Source of the DNA: Tagaea sp.
Lineage (GTDB): Bacteria > Pseudomonadota > Alphaproteobacteria > CACIAM-22H2
DNA: 64,000 bases
Direction of reading: 5' to 3'
Assembly: GCA_965279525.1 (NCBI GenBank)
Contig: CBDIIB010000004.1
Span: forward strand, 512,001 to 576,000
Of the stretch, positions 18,747 through 27,380 are shown one piece after another (within the stretch, counting starts at the first letter, position 1; each line of letters begins with the position of its first letter). The notes under the pieces are model-generated. The model searched no databases. It was not told where the DNA came from and worked only from the letters and a program-made list of their open reading frames with translations. The position numbers and the translations under genes are program-made.

Positions 18747-19456
18747 GCGGCCGGCTCGACCTGCGGCAAGGGCCCGTCCTTCCAGCCGCAAAGGCGCATC
18801 TGGACTTTCATGTGCTCGGGAACCTGGGCAACCGCCTTGACCGGCGTACGACGCGGATAGAGCGGCACGCGGATCTCGCGGGCATGAAGATGCAGCGTAT
18901 AGCGTGCGGCGCGCGTCGCGGTTCCGCCATAGACCGGATCGCCGAGGATCGGGCAACCGATTGCCGCAAGATGGACGCGCAGCTGGTGCGTGCGGCCGGT
19001 CTTCGGCTCGAGGGCGAGCCACGAAAGTCCGTCCCCCGAACCGATGCGCCGGTAGCCGGTCTGCGACGGCTGGCCCGTGGGATCGACGCGCATGTTCCAG
19101 CCGGTCTTGCGGTTCTCCTTGGCGAGCGGCAGGTCGATCAGTCCCTCGTCCTGCGGCGGCTTGCCGACGACGACGGCCCAATAGACCTTGCGCACCTGAC
19201 CTGCCGAGAACAGCCGCCCGAGCTTCGAAAGCGCCTTGCGATTGCGCCCGAGCACCAGGCAGCCGCTGGTATCCCGGTCGAGCCGGTGGGCGAGGTCGGG
19301 CGGCTGGGCATTGCCGAACTGCAGGCCGCCCAAAAAGTCGCGCAGGTTCTCGCCGCCGCGCGGGCCGGCATGGACCGCAAGGCCGGCCGGCTTGTCGAGG
19401 ATAAGCATCAGGCCGTCGCGGTAAAGCAGGCGGGATTCGAGTTCCTGGGGCGTCAT
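18743..19456 (-). CDS. RluA family pseudouridine synthase
   Basis: LDKPAGLAVH, HRLDRDTSG, TGRTHQLRVH and PILGDPVY motifs. Confidence 0.95.
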   Translation of the reverse strand: MTPQELESRLLYRDGLMLILDKPAGLAVHAGPRGGENLRDFLGGLQFGNAQPPDLAHRLDRDTSGCLVLGRNRKALSKLGRLFSAGQVRKVYWAVVVGKPPQDEGLIDLPLAKENRKTGWNMRVDPTGQPSQTGYRRIGSGDGLSWLALEPKTGRTHQLRVHLAAIGCPILGDPVYGGTATRAARYTLHLHAREIRVPLYPRRTPVKAVAQVPEHMKVQMRLCGWKDGPLPQVEPAA

Positions 19457-19537
19457 GGCGGGCAAGCTACACTCTTCGCTGGCGATATGCGAAGGGCTCG
19501 CTAAGGTGCTGGCCCTGCTGGAGGAGACCGGAATCCG

Positions 19538-20389
19538 ATGGGCGATACGGCCCGAAACGACGTCAAGGGTGCCATCTACATCGTCAGCGGGGCCATCTGC
19601 TTTGCCATCTGCGGGGGATTGCTCAAGCATTTGACCGCTGAAATGTCGTGGGGAACCGTCGGTTTCCTGCGACACGCCTTCGCGCTTCCTTTTTTCCTGC
19701 CCATGATCTGGCGGAAGGGATGGGGAAGCGTCGCGACCCGGCGGCCGCTCGGACACCTGCTGCGGGGAGCCGCCGGATTCTCAAGTTTCATGTTGTTCGT
19801 CGTGGCACTCATGCAAATGCGGATGGGCGACGCATTCGCGCTCTCCTACACGACACCATTCTGGTCGCTCGCCATTGCCGTGCTGGTATTCGGCGAGCGG
19901 CTCGGCATCCAGCGCGTGGTCGCGACGGCGGTCGGTTTTGCCGGCGTCCTGATGGTGGTCAAGCCGGCCGGCGACTATAACGTCTTTGCCTTCGTGGCGC
20001 TCGCCAGCGCTGGCCTGACATCGATCGCGATGATGATGGTCAAGCAGCTTTCGGCGACCGAGCCGCCGGACCGCATCGCTTTCTGGTTCATCCTGAGCGG
20101 TCTGCTGCTCGGCGCACCTCTGGCAGCATTCGCCTGGACCCCGCCAGACGGTGCCGCTCTCGGTCCGCTTCTCCTGCTCGGTGCCTTGACCTGGCTGGGC
20201 CAGCGTTGCCTGTCGCGCGGCTATTCGCTCGGCCAGTTCTCGAAAATGGCGCCGCTTGTCTTCGTGCAGGTCGCGATCGCGACCGGGATCGGAATCCTCT
20301 ATTTCGGCGAAGTCCCCGATCCGCTGGCGGCGGTCGGCATGGTGCTGATCGCGGCGGGCGCCATCGCCGTCGTCCGGCGCAGCGGCTAG
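19538..20389 (+). CDS. DMT/EamA family transporter
   Basis: 10 TM segments; FGERLG, VGFAGVLMVVKP and FGEVPD motifs. Confidence 0.9.
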   Translation: MGDTARNDVKGAIYIVSGAICFAICGGLLKHLTAEMSWGTVGFLRHAFALPFFLPMIWRKGWGSVATRRPLGHLLRGAAGFSSFMLFVVALMQMRMGDAFALSYTTPFWSLAIAVLVFGERLGIQRVVATAVGFAGVLMVVKPAGDYNVFAFVALASAGLTSIAMMMVKQLSATEPPDRIAFWFILSGLLLGAPLAAFAWTPPDGAALGPLLLLGALTWLGQRCLSRGYSLGQFSKMAPLVFVQVAIATGIGILYFGEVPDPLAAVGMVLIAAGAIAVVRRSG

Positions 20390-20390
20390 T

Positions 20391-20759
20391 TCACTTCCAG
20401 ACGACTTCCTTGACCGACTTCTTCTTCGGCTCGGCCGCCGGTGCGGGCGCCTTGGCGGCAATGGCCGCCGCCGCCGACTTGGTGCCGCCCAGGCGGTTCA
20501 GGATCGACGACATCGTCATGCTGTTCTTCTGCTTGATCGCGACGCCTTCGGCCGTCTCGGCAACGCGCTTGCGCTGGTAGACGGGCAGGGCGTCGAAGGT
20601 CCGGCGGGCACGGTCGATGTTGATCGTCGTCGGCCGCTCGGCCGCCAGCTTGACGAATTGCTGGATCTTGGAATGTTCGCCAAGAATCTGCCCCACCGAC
20701 GACGCCAGAATCTGGAGCGCCGCCTTGTCGACCTGTTCCTTGGCTTCTTCCGAGTCCAT
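20391..20759 (-). CDS. Hypothetical protein (about 122 aa)
   Basis: GC3-biased ORF between two DMT genes; no motif recognised; start uncertain. Confidence 0.65.
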   Translation of the reverse strand: MDSEEAKEQVDKAALQILASSVGQILGEHSKIQQFVKLAAERPTTINIDRARRTFDALPVYQRKRVAETAEGVAIKQKNSMTMSSILNRLGGTKSAAAAIAAKAPAPAAEPKKKSVKEVVWK

Positions 20760-20848
20760 GAGGCGTGACTTTACCGTATTTTCGCGCACAACATCAATGA
20801 ACTGACATCGATTCCGCCGCACGGGCAAGCGGCTTCGGAGGGGCCAAG

Positions 20849-21175
20849 ATGCTGACGATCCTGCTGCTCATATGCTCGAACATATTCATGACGTTCGCCT
20901 GGTACGGCCATCTCAAGTATCCGCACTGGCCGCTCTGGCAGGCGATCGGCGTGAGCTGGGGCATCGCATTCATCGAGTATTGCCTGGCGGTACCGGCAAA
21001 TCGCTACGGCTACGGCACGTTCACCGGCGTCCAGCTGAAGACGATCCAGGAGATCGTCACGCTGGCGGTGTTCGCGGTCTTCGCCATCGTCTGGCTGGGC
21101 GAGGGGCTCAAATGGAACCATCTCGCGGCCTTCGGATGCCTCGTCGGCGCCGCGTTCTTCATATTCTGGGAATGA
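20849..21175 (+). CDS. Small DMT family protein (DUF486 type)
   Basis: SNIFMTFAWYGHLK, SWGIAFIEYCLAVPANR and QLKTIQEIVTL motifs. Confidence 0.92.
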   Translation: MLTILLLICSNIFMTFAWYGHLKYPHWPLWQAIGVSWGIAFIEYCLAVPANRYGYGTFTGVQLKTIQEIVTLAVFAVFAIVWLGEGLKWNHLAAFGCLVGAAFFIFWE

Positions 21176-21300
21176 AAAAGAAAAGCCGGCTTGCAATGAC
21201 CCGGAGGGTTCTGCAAGCCGGCGGACCAGGCCAAGGGACCAACTTGACCGAGGAAGTTTGAACATGGAGACCGGCGGAAGAAGGCCGGGTGAAGAGTGTG
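21176..21300 (-). ncRNA. Candidate small RNA with three hairpins and an intrinsic terminator
   Basis: TTGACA (21334-21329) and TATAAA (21312-21307) promoter; hairpins at 21271-21288 and 21241-21258; terminator stem 21185-21222 followed by UUUUCUUUUU. Confidence 0.65.
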
Positions 21301-21475
21301 AGAGCATTTATATATAATTTTATGAAAATGTCAAAGTGATTTTATGAGAATTTATTTAAAGAGCTTTATCGGAATCAAAAATTCATATAAATAATTATAA
21401 ATCAAATAGTTATAATGTTTTTCTACCACTGCGTTGGAATTGCGGCCCGCACTCCAGATCAGATAGGCTGCCGAT

Positions 21476-21742
21476 ATGCTCTGGAAAAATATCTTCGGAC
21501 TCGTCGCGTTGCTGGCATTGGCGCACCCCGCCGGCGCACAGACCGGCAAGCCGCCAGCCAGCTATTCGGACTGCGATGCGCTCTATGCCCGCGAGATCAA
21601 GAAGGCGGTCGCCCAGACCGGCAAGAACCTGCGCGAAACCCAACATCTGGCCGGGCTGCAGCGCCTGCGCTGCGAGCGTGCCGTCGAGCGCAAGCTGATC
21701 ATGGACCGCGCGAAGGGCGCCAACCGGCCGGGCGGCCGGTGA
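21476..21742 (+). CDS. Small secreted hypothetical protein
   Basis: Signal peptide ending AHPAGA, two Cys, basic helical mature part. Confidence 0.75.
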   Translation: MLWKNIFGLVALLALAHPAGAQTGKPPASYSDCDALYAREIKKAVAQTGKNLRETQHLAGLQRLRCERAVERKLIMDRAKGANRPGGR

Positions 21743-21745
21743 AGC

Positions 21746-22285
21746 TCAGTCTTCCTTGTCGTCGAACCGCAGCAGGCGCGGCGCACGCTCGATGACAACC
21801 TCGAGGATCTGCTCGGCCGCGATCAGGTCGGCACGCGTGCGATCGTTGAGCCGGTTCAGGTAACGCTCGCTCTCGATACGCTCTTTCGCGTGATAGAGAC
21901 TGCGCAGCTCGGACTTGAAGACGTCGCGCGCACCCAGCGGCAACTCGCGCTTTTCGGCCAGGATGCGCAGGAAATGAAGGCTCGCCGTGACGATCGACGA
22001 AAGCATGAACGCCGTCAGCTCGTCGAATTTCTCGGCAAGCGCGGCGGCCTTCTCGTCGCGTAGGCGCTTCAGCTTGTATTCGATGACGATCGCCAGCGTG
22101 TCGAAATCGTCGACGACCTCGCGGAACGCCACATAGGCCTTGAACTTGTCGTCGTTCGCCTCGTTGGCCGCCTGCTGTGCTGCGAGGATCACGCGCGTGG
22201 CGCCGCGCTCGAGCGCCAGGAGCATCTCGCGCACCTTGGCGATGACGATCTCGTTCTCGCGGTCGATCTGTGTGCTGGAAAGCAT
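21746..22285 (-). CDS. Hypothetical helical protein (paralog A)
   Basis: Shares DDFDTLAIVIEY, ELPLG, SELRSLY and IERAP with the adjacent gene. Confidence 0.85.
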   Translation of the reverse strand: MLSSTQIDRENEIVIAKVREMLLALERGATRVILAAQQAANEANDDKFKAYVAFREVVDDFDTLAIVIEYKLKRLRDEKAAALAEKFDELTAFMLSSIVTASLHFLRILAEKRELPLGARDVFKSELRSLYHAKERIESERYLNRLNDRTRADLIAAEQILEVVIERAPRLLRFDDKED

Positions 22286-22812
22286 TATACGGCTCCGCCG
22301 ACTTCCAATTGCAGCAGGCTCGGCGCGCGCTCGATGATCACGCCGAGGATCTCTTCGGCCGTCTCGATGTCCTTGACCGCACGCGACGAGATCTTGTTTT
22401 TGTAACGATCCATTTCAAGCAGCTGCTTGACCCTGTAAAGGCTGCGCAGCTCGGACAGGAAGATGTCCTTGGAGCCGAGCGGAAGCTCGTTGCGATGCGC
22501 AAGCAGCCGCAGGAAATGGAGACTCGTCTGCAGGGTCGCCGAAAGCATGAAAAGGGTCAGTTCCTCGAACTGCGCCTCGAGCGCCTTGTCGCGGCCGCCA
22601 CGCAGGTTCTTGAGGCGATACTCGATGACGATCGCCAGCGTGTCGAAATCGTCACAGGACCCGCGGAACTTCGCGTAGATGCCGAATTCCTCCTGGGCGA
22701 TCGCGCCGGATACTTCCTTGGCGGCCGAGATGACGCGGTCGGCGTGGCCTTCGAGCGCTGCCAGGAGCTGCTCGACCTCGCGCCGCGTGTGCTGTGTGGC
22801 AGGTCTCGACAA
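22285..22812 (-). CDS. Hypothetical helical protein (paralog B)
   Basis: Probable TTG start at 22812 by length match to paralog A; its stop overlaps the next ATG (TAATG). Confidence 0.8.
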   Translation of the reverse strand: MSRPATQHTRREVEQLLAALEGHADRVISAAKEVSGAIAQEEFGIYAKFRGSCDDFDTLAIVIEYRLKNLRGGRDKALEAQFEELTLFMLSATLQTSLHFLRLLAHRNELPLGSKDIFLSELRSLYRVKQLLEMDRYKNKISSRAVKDIETAEEILGVIIERAPSLLQLEVGGAV

Positions 22813-22911
22813 AGGGGGGCCCGGCTTCCGGTGGCGACGGCGCAGGATGGACCAGCCGATGGCGTTCGCGCAACGCTTTCGGCCGCCCGCCGGTCCCGCT
22901 AGTCTTGCGCC

Positions 22912-23520
22912 ATGCCAAGGGCCCGGGCCGGCGATTTCGGCGCAAAACAGCAACTGATCCGCGATCGGGCGGCCGAACTCTTCGCGTCGCGCGGATTCGC
23001 CGCCACGTCGACCGCCGACGTGGCACAGGCCTGCGGGATTTCGAAGGGGCTGATCTGGCACTACTTCGAATCGAAAGAGGCGATCCTTTTCGACCTGTTG
23101 CACGCGCATGTCGATGCGCTCGACGCCGCGGCGACGGCCGCGCTTGCCGAATCCGCCGATCCGCGCGCCCAGCTCCGGGCGTTCCTGCATGCCCATCTCA
23201 GGCTTTATGCCAACGCCCGCGCGCGGCACGTCCTGCTGGTGAGCGCACTTGAAAGCCTTGCCCCGCGACAGCGCGGCATCATCATCGCCAAGCAGCGCAG
23301 GCTCGTCGAAACGGCCGCGGGCCTGCTGGCGCGCGTGGCGCCCTCGCTCAAGGGAAATACGGCGCTGCGCTGGCCGGCGGCGATGGGCCTCTACGGATTC
23401 ATCAACTGGACCTACACGTGGTTCGATCCGGCGGGACCGACCACGCCCGAAGCCTTCGCCGAGTTCGCCTGCACGACATTCCTGTCGGGCATCGAGACCG
23501 CGGCGAAGGCCCGGACCTAG
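22912..23520 (+). CDS. TetR/AcrR family transcriptional regulator
   Basis: HTH AAELFASRGFAATSTADVAQACGISKGLIWHYFESKEAIL; C-terminal NWTYTWF. Confidence 0.93.
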   Translation: MPRARAGDFGAKQQLIRDRAAELFASRGFAATSTADVAQACGISKGLIWHYFESKEAILFDLLHAHVDALDAAATAALAESADPRAQLRAFLHAHLRLYANARARHVLLVSALESLAPRQRGIIIAKQRRLVETAAGLLARVAPSLKGNTALRWPAAMGLYGFINWTYTWFDPAGPTTPEAFAEFACTTFLSGIETAAKART

Positions 23521-23523
23521 GCG

Positions 23524-24567
23524 CTAGACGCCGGACGGAAGCTTGCGAAGCTCGGCGGCCGGCAGGAACGCGTTGGTGTAGATGAGGTCGTTCGACGGCA
23601 CCTGCGGGATGTTGAACGTCTCGCACAGCGCGACGATGTTCTTGGTCAGGCGTGCGGCATCGACATGCCCGATGCCGTTTGCGCGCGTGGTCGGCGTGGC
23701 GATCGACTGCTCGAGCACCATCTGGTAGCGCGGCAGTTCGACTTCCATCGTGTTGAGTGGCTGACGGCGTACCGCCGCCTGGATCGAGGCGCGCGGATCG
23801 GCCATCATCGCCTGCATCGATCGCGCGGTCGCCCGCGCGAAGCCGCGCGCCACGTCCGGGCTCTTTTCAAGGAAGTCCTTGCGCGCGAAGATCGTCGAGC
23901 CGAACAGGTCGATGCCGACGCTGGCATAGGCGATCCAGCCGATCTGGTCGAGCGGCACACCCGCACGGACCATGTTGAGCGCCACCGACGACACGAAGCC
24001 GGTCGCACCCTGCGCTTCGCCGCGCACGACGAGCGTCTCGCGCAGCGGGAAGTCGATGTGGCGAAGCGTGACCTTCGAGGGATCGATCCCGGCGGCACGC
24101 GCGAACAGCGGGAACATCTGCCGGCCGGCGTCCGGCTCGGGCGCCGCGAGGACCTTGCCCTCGATGTCCTTGGCCGACGTGATGACGCCCTTCTTGAAGA
24201 CGATGCCGTGCTGGAGAAGGTCCCACAGCACGAAGAAAGACGTGACGGCGGTCGCCGGGTTGGTTGCCGTGAAGCGGGCGAGCGTCCCGAAATCGCCGAA
24301 GCCGATGTCGTAGGTGCCCTGTGCGACGCGGGTAACGGCCTGCCCGGAACCCGCACCGCCATCGATCTGCACGTCGAGGCCTTCGTCGGCGAAGAAGTTC
24401 TTCTCGACACCGTAGAGGAAGTTCGACTGCGGTCCCCAGAAATCGACGTCGAGTGTGAATTTCACGCGCGTCTTTGCCTGTGCCAGGGCAGGGGCCGCGA
24501 GTGTGCTCGCAGCAGCGGCACCCGCAAGGCCAAGGCCGAAGGTGCGACGGGAGAACGAGTTGGTCAT
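23524..24567 (-). CDS. ABC transporter substrate-binding protein, NMT1/THI5/TauA family, Tat-exported
   Basis: SRRTF twin-arginine signal; FFADEGLDVQIDGGAGSG and YDIGFGD motifs. Confidence 0.88.
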   Translation of the reverse strand: MTNSFSRRTFGLGLAGAAAASTLAAPALAQAKTRVKFTLDVDFWGPQSNFLYGVEKNFFADEGLDVQIDGGAGSGQAVTRVAQGTYDIGFGDFGTLARFTATNPATAVTSFFVLWDLLQHGIVFKKGVITSAKDIEGKVLAAPEPDAGRQMFPLFARAAGIDPSKVTLRHIDFPLRETLVVRGEAQGATGFVSSVALNMVRAGVPLDQIGWIAYASVGIDLFGSTIFARKDFLEKSPDVARGFARATARSMQAMMADPRASIQAAVRRQPLNTMEVELPRYQMVLEQSIATPTTRANGIGHVDAARLTKNIVALCETFNIPQVPSNDLIYTNAFLPAAELRKLPSGV

Positions 24568-24625
24568 GGCTGGAAGGCCTTTCGCCGGAGGATCGCGGAC
24601 GCAAACGCGCCCTTCCTCCCCGGCT

Positions 24626-24641
24626 TGCAAGCCGGAGGCCA
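24626..24641 (-). promoter_or_regulatory. Sigma54 (-24/-12) promoter
   Basis: Minus strand TGGCCT-CCGGC-TTGCA (GG-N10-GC) about 60 nt upstream of the binding-protein ATG. Confidence 0.7.
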
Positions 24642-24699
24642 GCGGCACCCACGCGAAAGTTCCGGTTTTACCGCGACTTGGCTGCCGAATTTCCCGGCA

Positions 24700-25698
24700 T
24701 CAGGCGCCGAGGACTTGGGCAAACTGGGCAGGGTCGACATTGCCGCCCGAGGCGACGACGACGACCGTCTTTCCCCGGATCGGGTACTTGCCGCTCAGCA
24801 CGCTGGCGAGTGCCACCGCTCCGCCCGGTTCGACCACGAGCTTGAGTTCGAAGAACGCGGTCGCCATCGCGGCACGCGCCTCATCGTCGCTGACGGCAAG
24901 GCCGCCCTTCAGCAGCCGCTTGTTGAGCGCGAATGTCATCTCGCCCGGCGTTGCGGCGAGCAGTGCATCGCAGATCGAACGGGCCTTGGGATCGTTGGAC
25001 TCCCGCTTGCCGCTTTCGAGGCTGCGCTTCGTGTCGTCGAAATCCTTCGGCTCGGCGGAATAGACCGGCACGCCGGGCATGGCCTGCGAGAGCGCCAGTG
25101 CCGTGCCCGACACCAGGCCGCCGCCGCCGCAGCAGACGATGACGGCGTCCGGCCTGATGCCGAGCGCGCCGCATTGTTCCGCGATCTCCAGCCCGATCGT
25201 TCCCTGGCCGGCGATGATGTCCGGATCGTCGTAGGGACGCACGAGCGTAGCGCCGTGCTTGGCCTGCAGCTCAAGGCCCATCGCCTCGCGGTCCTCGGTG
25301 TAGCGGTCGTAGGGAACGACGGTCGCGCCGAATTCCTTCGTGCGCGCGATTTTGATCGCCGGCGCGTCCTTGGGCATGATGATCCACGCCGGAATGCCCA
25401 GCATGCGCGCCGCAGCGGCAACTCCTTGCGCATGGTTTCCAGACGAATAAGCGACGACGCCATTGGCGCGCCTGGCTTCCGGGATCTGGCAGAGCTTGTT
25501 GTAAGCGCCGCGGAACTTGAACGAGCCCGTGCGCTGGAGCGGCTCGGCCTTGACCAGCAGCCGGCCGCCAAGCTTCTCGTCGAGGGCGGGCGAGCCGAGC
25601 AGGGGCGTGCGAACGGCATGGCCGTCGATGCGCCGGGCCGCCGCGCGCACGTCTTCGAACACGGGGAGGTCAGATTTCGTTGCGGCGGAGGAACTCAT
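24700..25698 (-). CDS. Threonine/serine dehydratase (PLP, catalytic domain only)
   Basis: LQRTGSFKFRGA, SSGNHAQG, CGGGGL and VVEPGGA motifs. Confidence 0.93.
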   Translation of the reverse strand: MSSSAATKSDLPVFEDVRAAARRIDGHAVRTPLLGSPALDEKLGGRLLVKAEPLQRTGSFKFRGAYNKLCQIPEARRANGVVAYSSGNHAQGVAAAARMLGIPAWIIMPKDAPAIKIARTKEFGATVVPYDRYTEDREAMGLELQAKHGATLVRPYDDPDIIAGQGTIGLEIAEQCGALGIRPDAVIVCCGGGGLVSGTALALSQAMPGVPVYSAEPKDFDDTKRSLESGKRESNDPKARSICDALLAATPGEMTFALNKRLLKGGLAVSDDEARAAMATAFFELKLVVEPGGAVALASVLSGKYPIRGKTVVVVASGGNVDPAQFAQVLGA

Positions 25699-26524
25699 CG
25701 ATGGCCTCGATACTGGCGGGTTCTTCGAGCGACGGCGTGTGACCGACCCCTGGCAGCTCGATCTGCGCGAGGTCGGGATTTGTCCGCTTCATGCGGGCAA
25801 ACGTGTCGGGCGAAAGCACGTCGGAAACGCCGCCACGGACGGCGAGGATAGGCAGATGCGCCACCGATTTCCAGAGTGCCCACAGGTCGAGATCGGGATC
25901 GACGCCTCGGCGGACAGCCTTGTGCAGGTTCACGTCCCAGTCGAAGTGGAGCAACCCGTCCGCACCTTGGCGATAGGTGTTCTTCGCCACGCGGATCCAG
26001 CCAGCTTCATCGCTGACCGACAGGTTAGGCAGCAGCTTGCGGATATGCGTCGCGGCAGACGGCCAGTCCGGCTGCGGCCGGTCGACGGAAATGTAGTCGA
26101 GAATGCGCGACTGCCCTTCGGCCGAAATGTCGGGGCCGACATCGTTGACGATCAGGCCGGCGAGGGATGCCGGCATCGCGGCCCCCATCGCCATGCCGAG
26201 CAGCCCGCCCATCGACGTGCCGATCACGACGAAACGGTGCAGGCCCTCGATCGCCAGCAACGCTCGCAGATCGTCGAAATAGAAGGCCGGGTCGTAGGTC
26301 CGCCAGTCGGCGGAATAGGCCGAGCGGCCGCGCCCGCGCAGGTCTGGGCTGACGACACGGCGGCCCGCGGCGCACAGCCGTGCCGCCACGGACGTGAAAT
26401 CCCCCGAGTGGCGCGTGAGGCCGGGGATGCACAGGACCGGTAGCGCCGTGACCTGCACCGGCTCGTAGAGGCGGTAGAAAAGCTTCAGACCGTCGCTCGA
26501 CGTGTAGTGGCGCTCGAGGCTCAA
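25670..26524 (-). CDS. Alpha/beta hydrolase
   Basis: PGLTR, DLRGRGRS, GTSMGG nucleophile elbow and GHTP. Confidence 0.92.
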   Translation of the reverse strand: MSLERHYTSSDGLKLFYRLYEPVQVTALPVLCIPGLTRHSGDFTSVAARLCAAGRRVVSPDLRGRGRSAYSADWRTYDPAFYFDDLRALLAIEGLHRFVVIGTSMGGLLGMAMGAAMPASLAGLIVNDVGPDISAEGQSRILDYISVDRPQPDWPSAATHIRKLLPNLSVSDEAGWIRVAKNTYRQGADGLLHFDWDVNLHKAVRRGVDPDLDLWALWKSVAHLPILAVRGGVSDVLSPDTFARMKRTNPDLAQIELPGVGHTPSLEEPASIEAIDEFLRRNEI

Positions 26525-27318
26525 GCGCGCTCCTCATCCTTGGCGCGGTTCCACAACGCGTCCATCTCGGCGAGGTCCGACTGTGCGGGCGTGCGGCCCT
26601 GTTCGGCCAGCAGCGCTTCGATACGCCCGAACCGGCGCTCGAACTTGGCGTTGGCACGCCGCAGCGCCGTCTCGGCGTCCACGCCGGCGAGCCGCCCCAC
26701 ATTGACGACGGCAAACAGCAGGTCGCCGACCTCTTCTTCGATCGCGGCCTGGCGCGGACTGCCGAGTTCGGCACCGAGTTCCTCGACTTCCTCGGCGACC
26801 TTCTCCAGCGCCAGCTTGGCGTCTCCCCAGTCGAAGCCCACGCGGCTCGCGCGCTTCTGGAGCTTCTGCGCGCGCATCAGGGACGGGAAGGCGACCGGCA
26901 CGCCGTCGAGGACGCCCGACTTCGCATCCTTGGCCTTGCGCTCGTGCGCTTTGAGGGTTTCCCAGGCTTCGGTCTGCGCATCGGCGTCCTTGATTTCGCG
27001 CGTCGCGAACACATGCGGATGGCGGCGGACCATCTTGTCGCTGAGGTCCGTGGCGACAGCCTCGAAATCGAAATGTCCGGCTTCCTCGGCCATCCGCGCG
27101 TGGAAGACCACCTGGAACAGCAGGTCGCCGAGTTCCTCGCGCAAGGCCGCCATGTTGTTCTTCTCGATCGCGTCGGCGACTTCGTAGGCTTCCTCGATCG
27201 TGTAGGGCGCGATGGTCGCGAAATTCTGCTCGACGTCCCACGGGCAGCCTTCGGTCTTGTGGCGCAGTCGGGCCATCACGGCGAGCAGCCGGGACATGGG
27301 CGAGGGATCTGCTGTCAT
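26521..27318 (-). CDS. mazG: Nucleoside triphosphate pyrophosphohydrolase MazG
   Basis: GCPWD, EEAYEVADAI, EELGDLLFQVVFH, RRHPHVF and GFDW motifs; the real start is well inside the longer track ORF. Confidence 0.95.
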   Translation of the reverse strand: MTADPSPMSRLLAVMARLRHKTEGCPWDVEQNFATIAPYTIEEAYEVADAIEKNNMAALREELGDLLFQVVFHARMAEEAGHFDFEAVATDLSDKMVRRHPHVFATREIKDADAQTEAWETLKAHERKAKDAKSGVLDGVPVAFPSLMRAQKLQKRASRVGFDWGDAKLALEKVAEEVEELGAELGSPRQAAIEEEVGDLLFAVVNVGRLAGVDAETALRRANAKFERRFGRIEALLAEQGRTPAQSDLAEMDALWNRAKDEERA

Positions 27319-27380
27319 TTCGGCTGTTTCCGGCGGGCAGGGGGAAGATTGGAAAGGGCGCCGCCAACCTAGGCGAGGCG

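Noticed and set aside
21305-21425. AT-rich island as a replication origin
   Set aside because: No DnaA boxes were seen, the window appears to be the terminus, and divergent promoters explain the composition.
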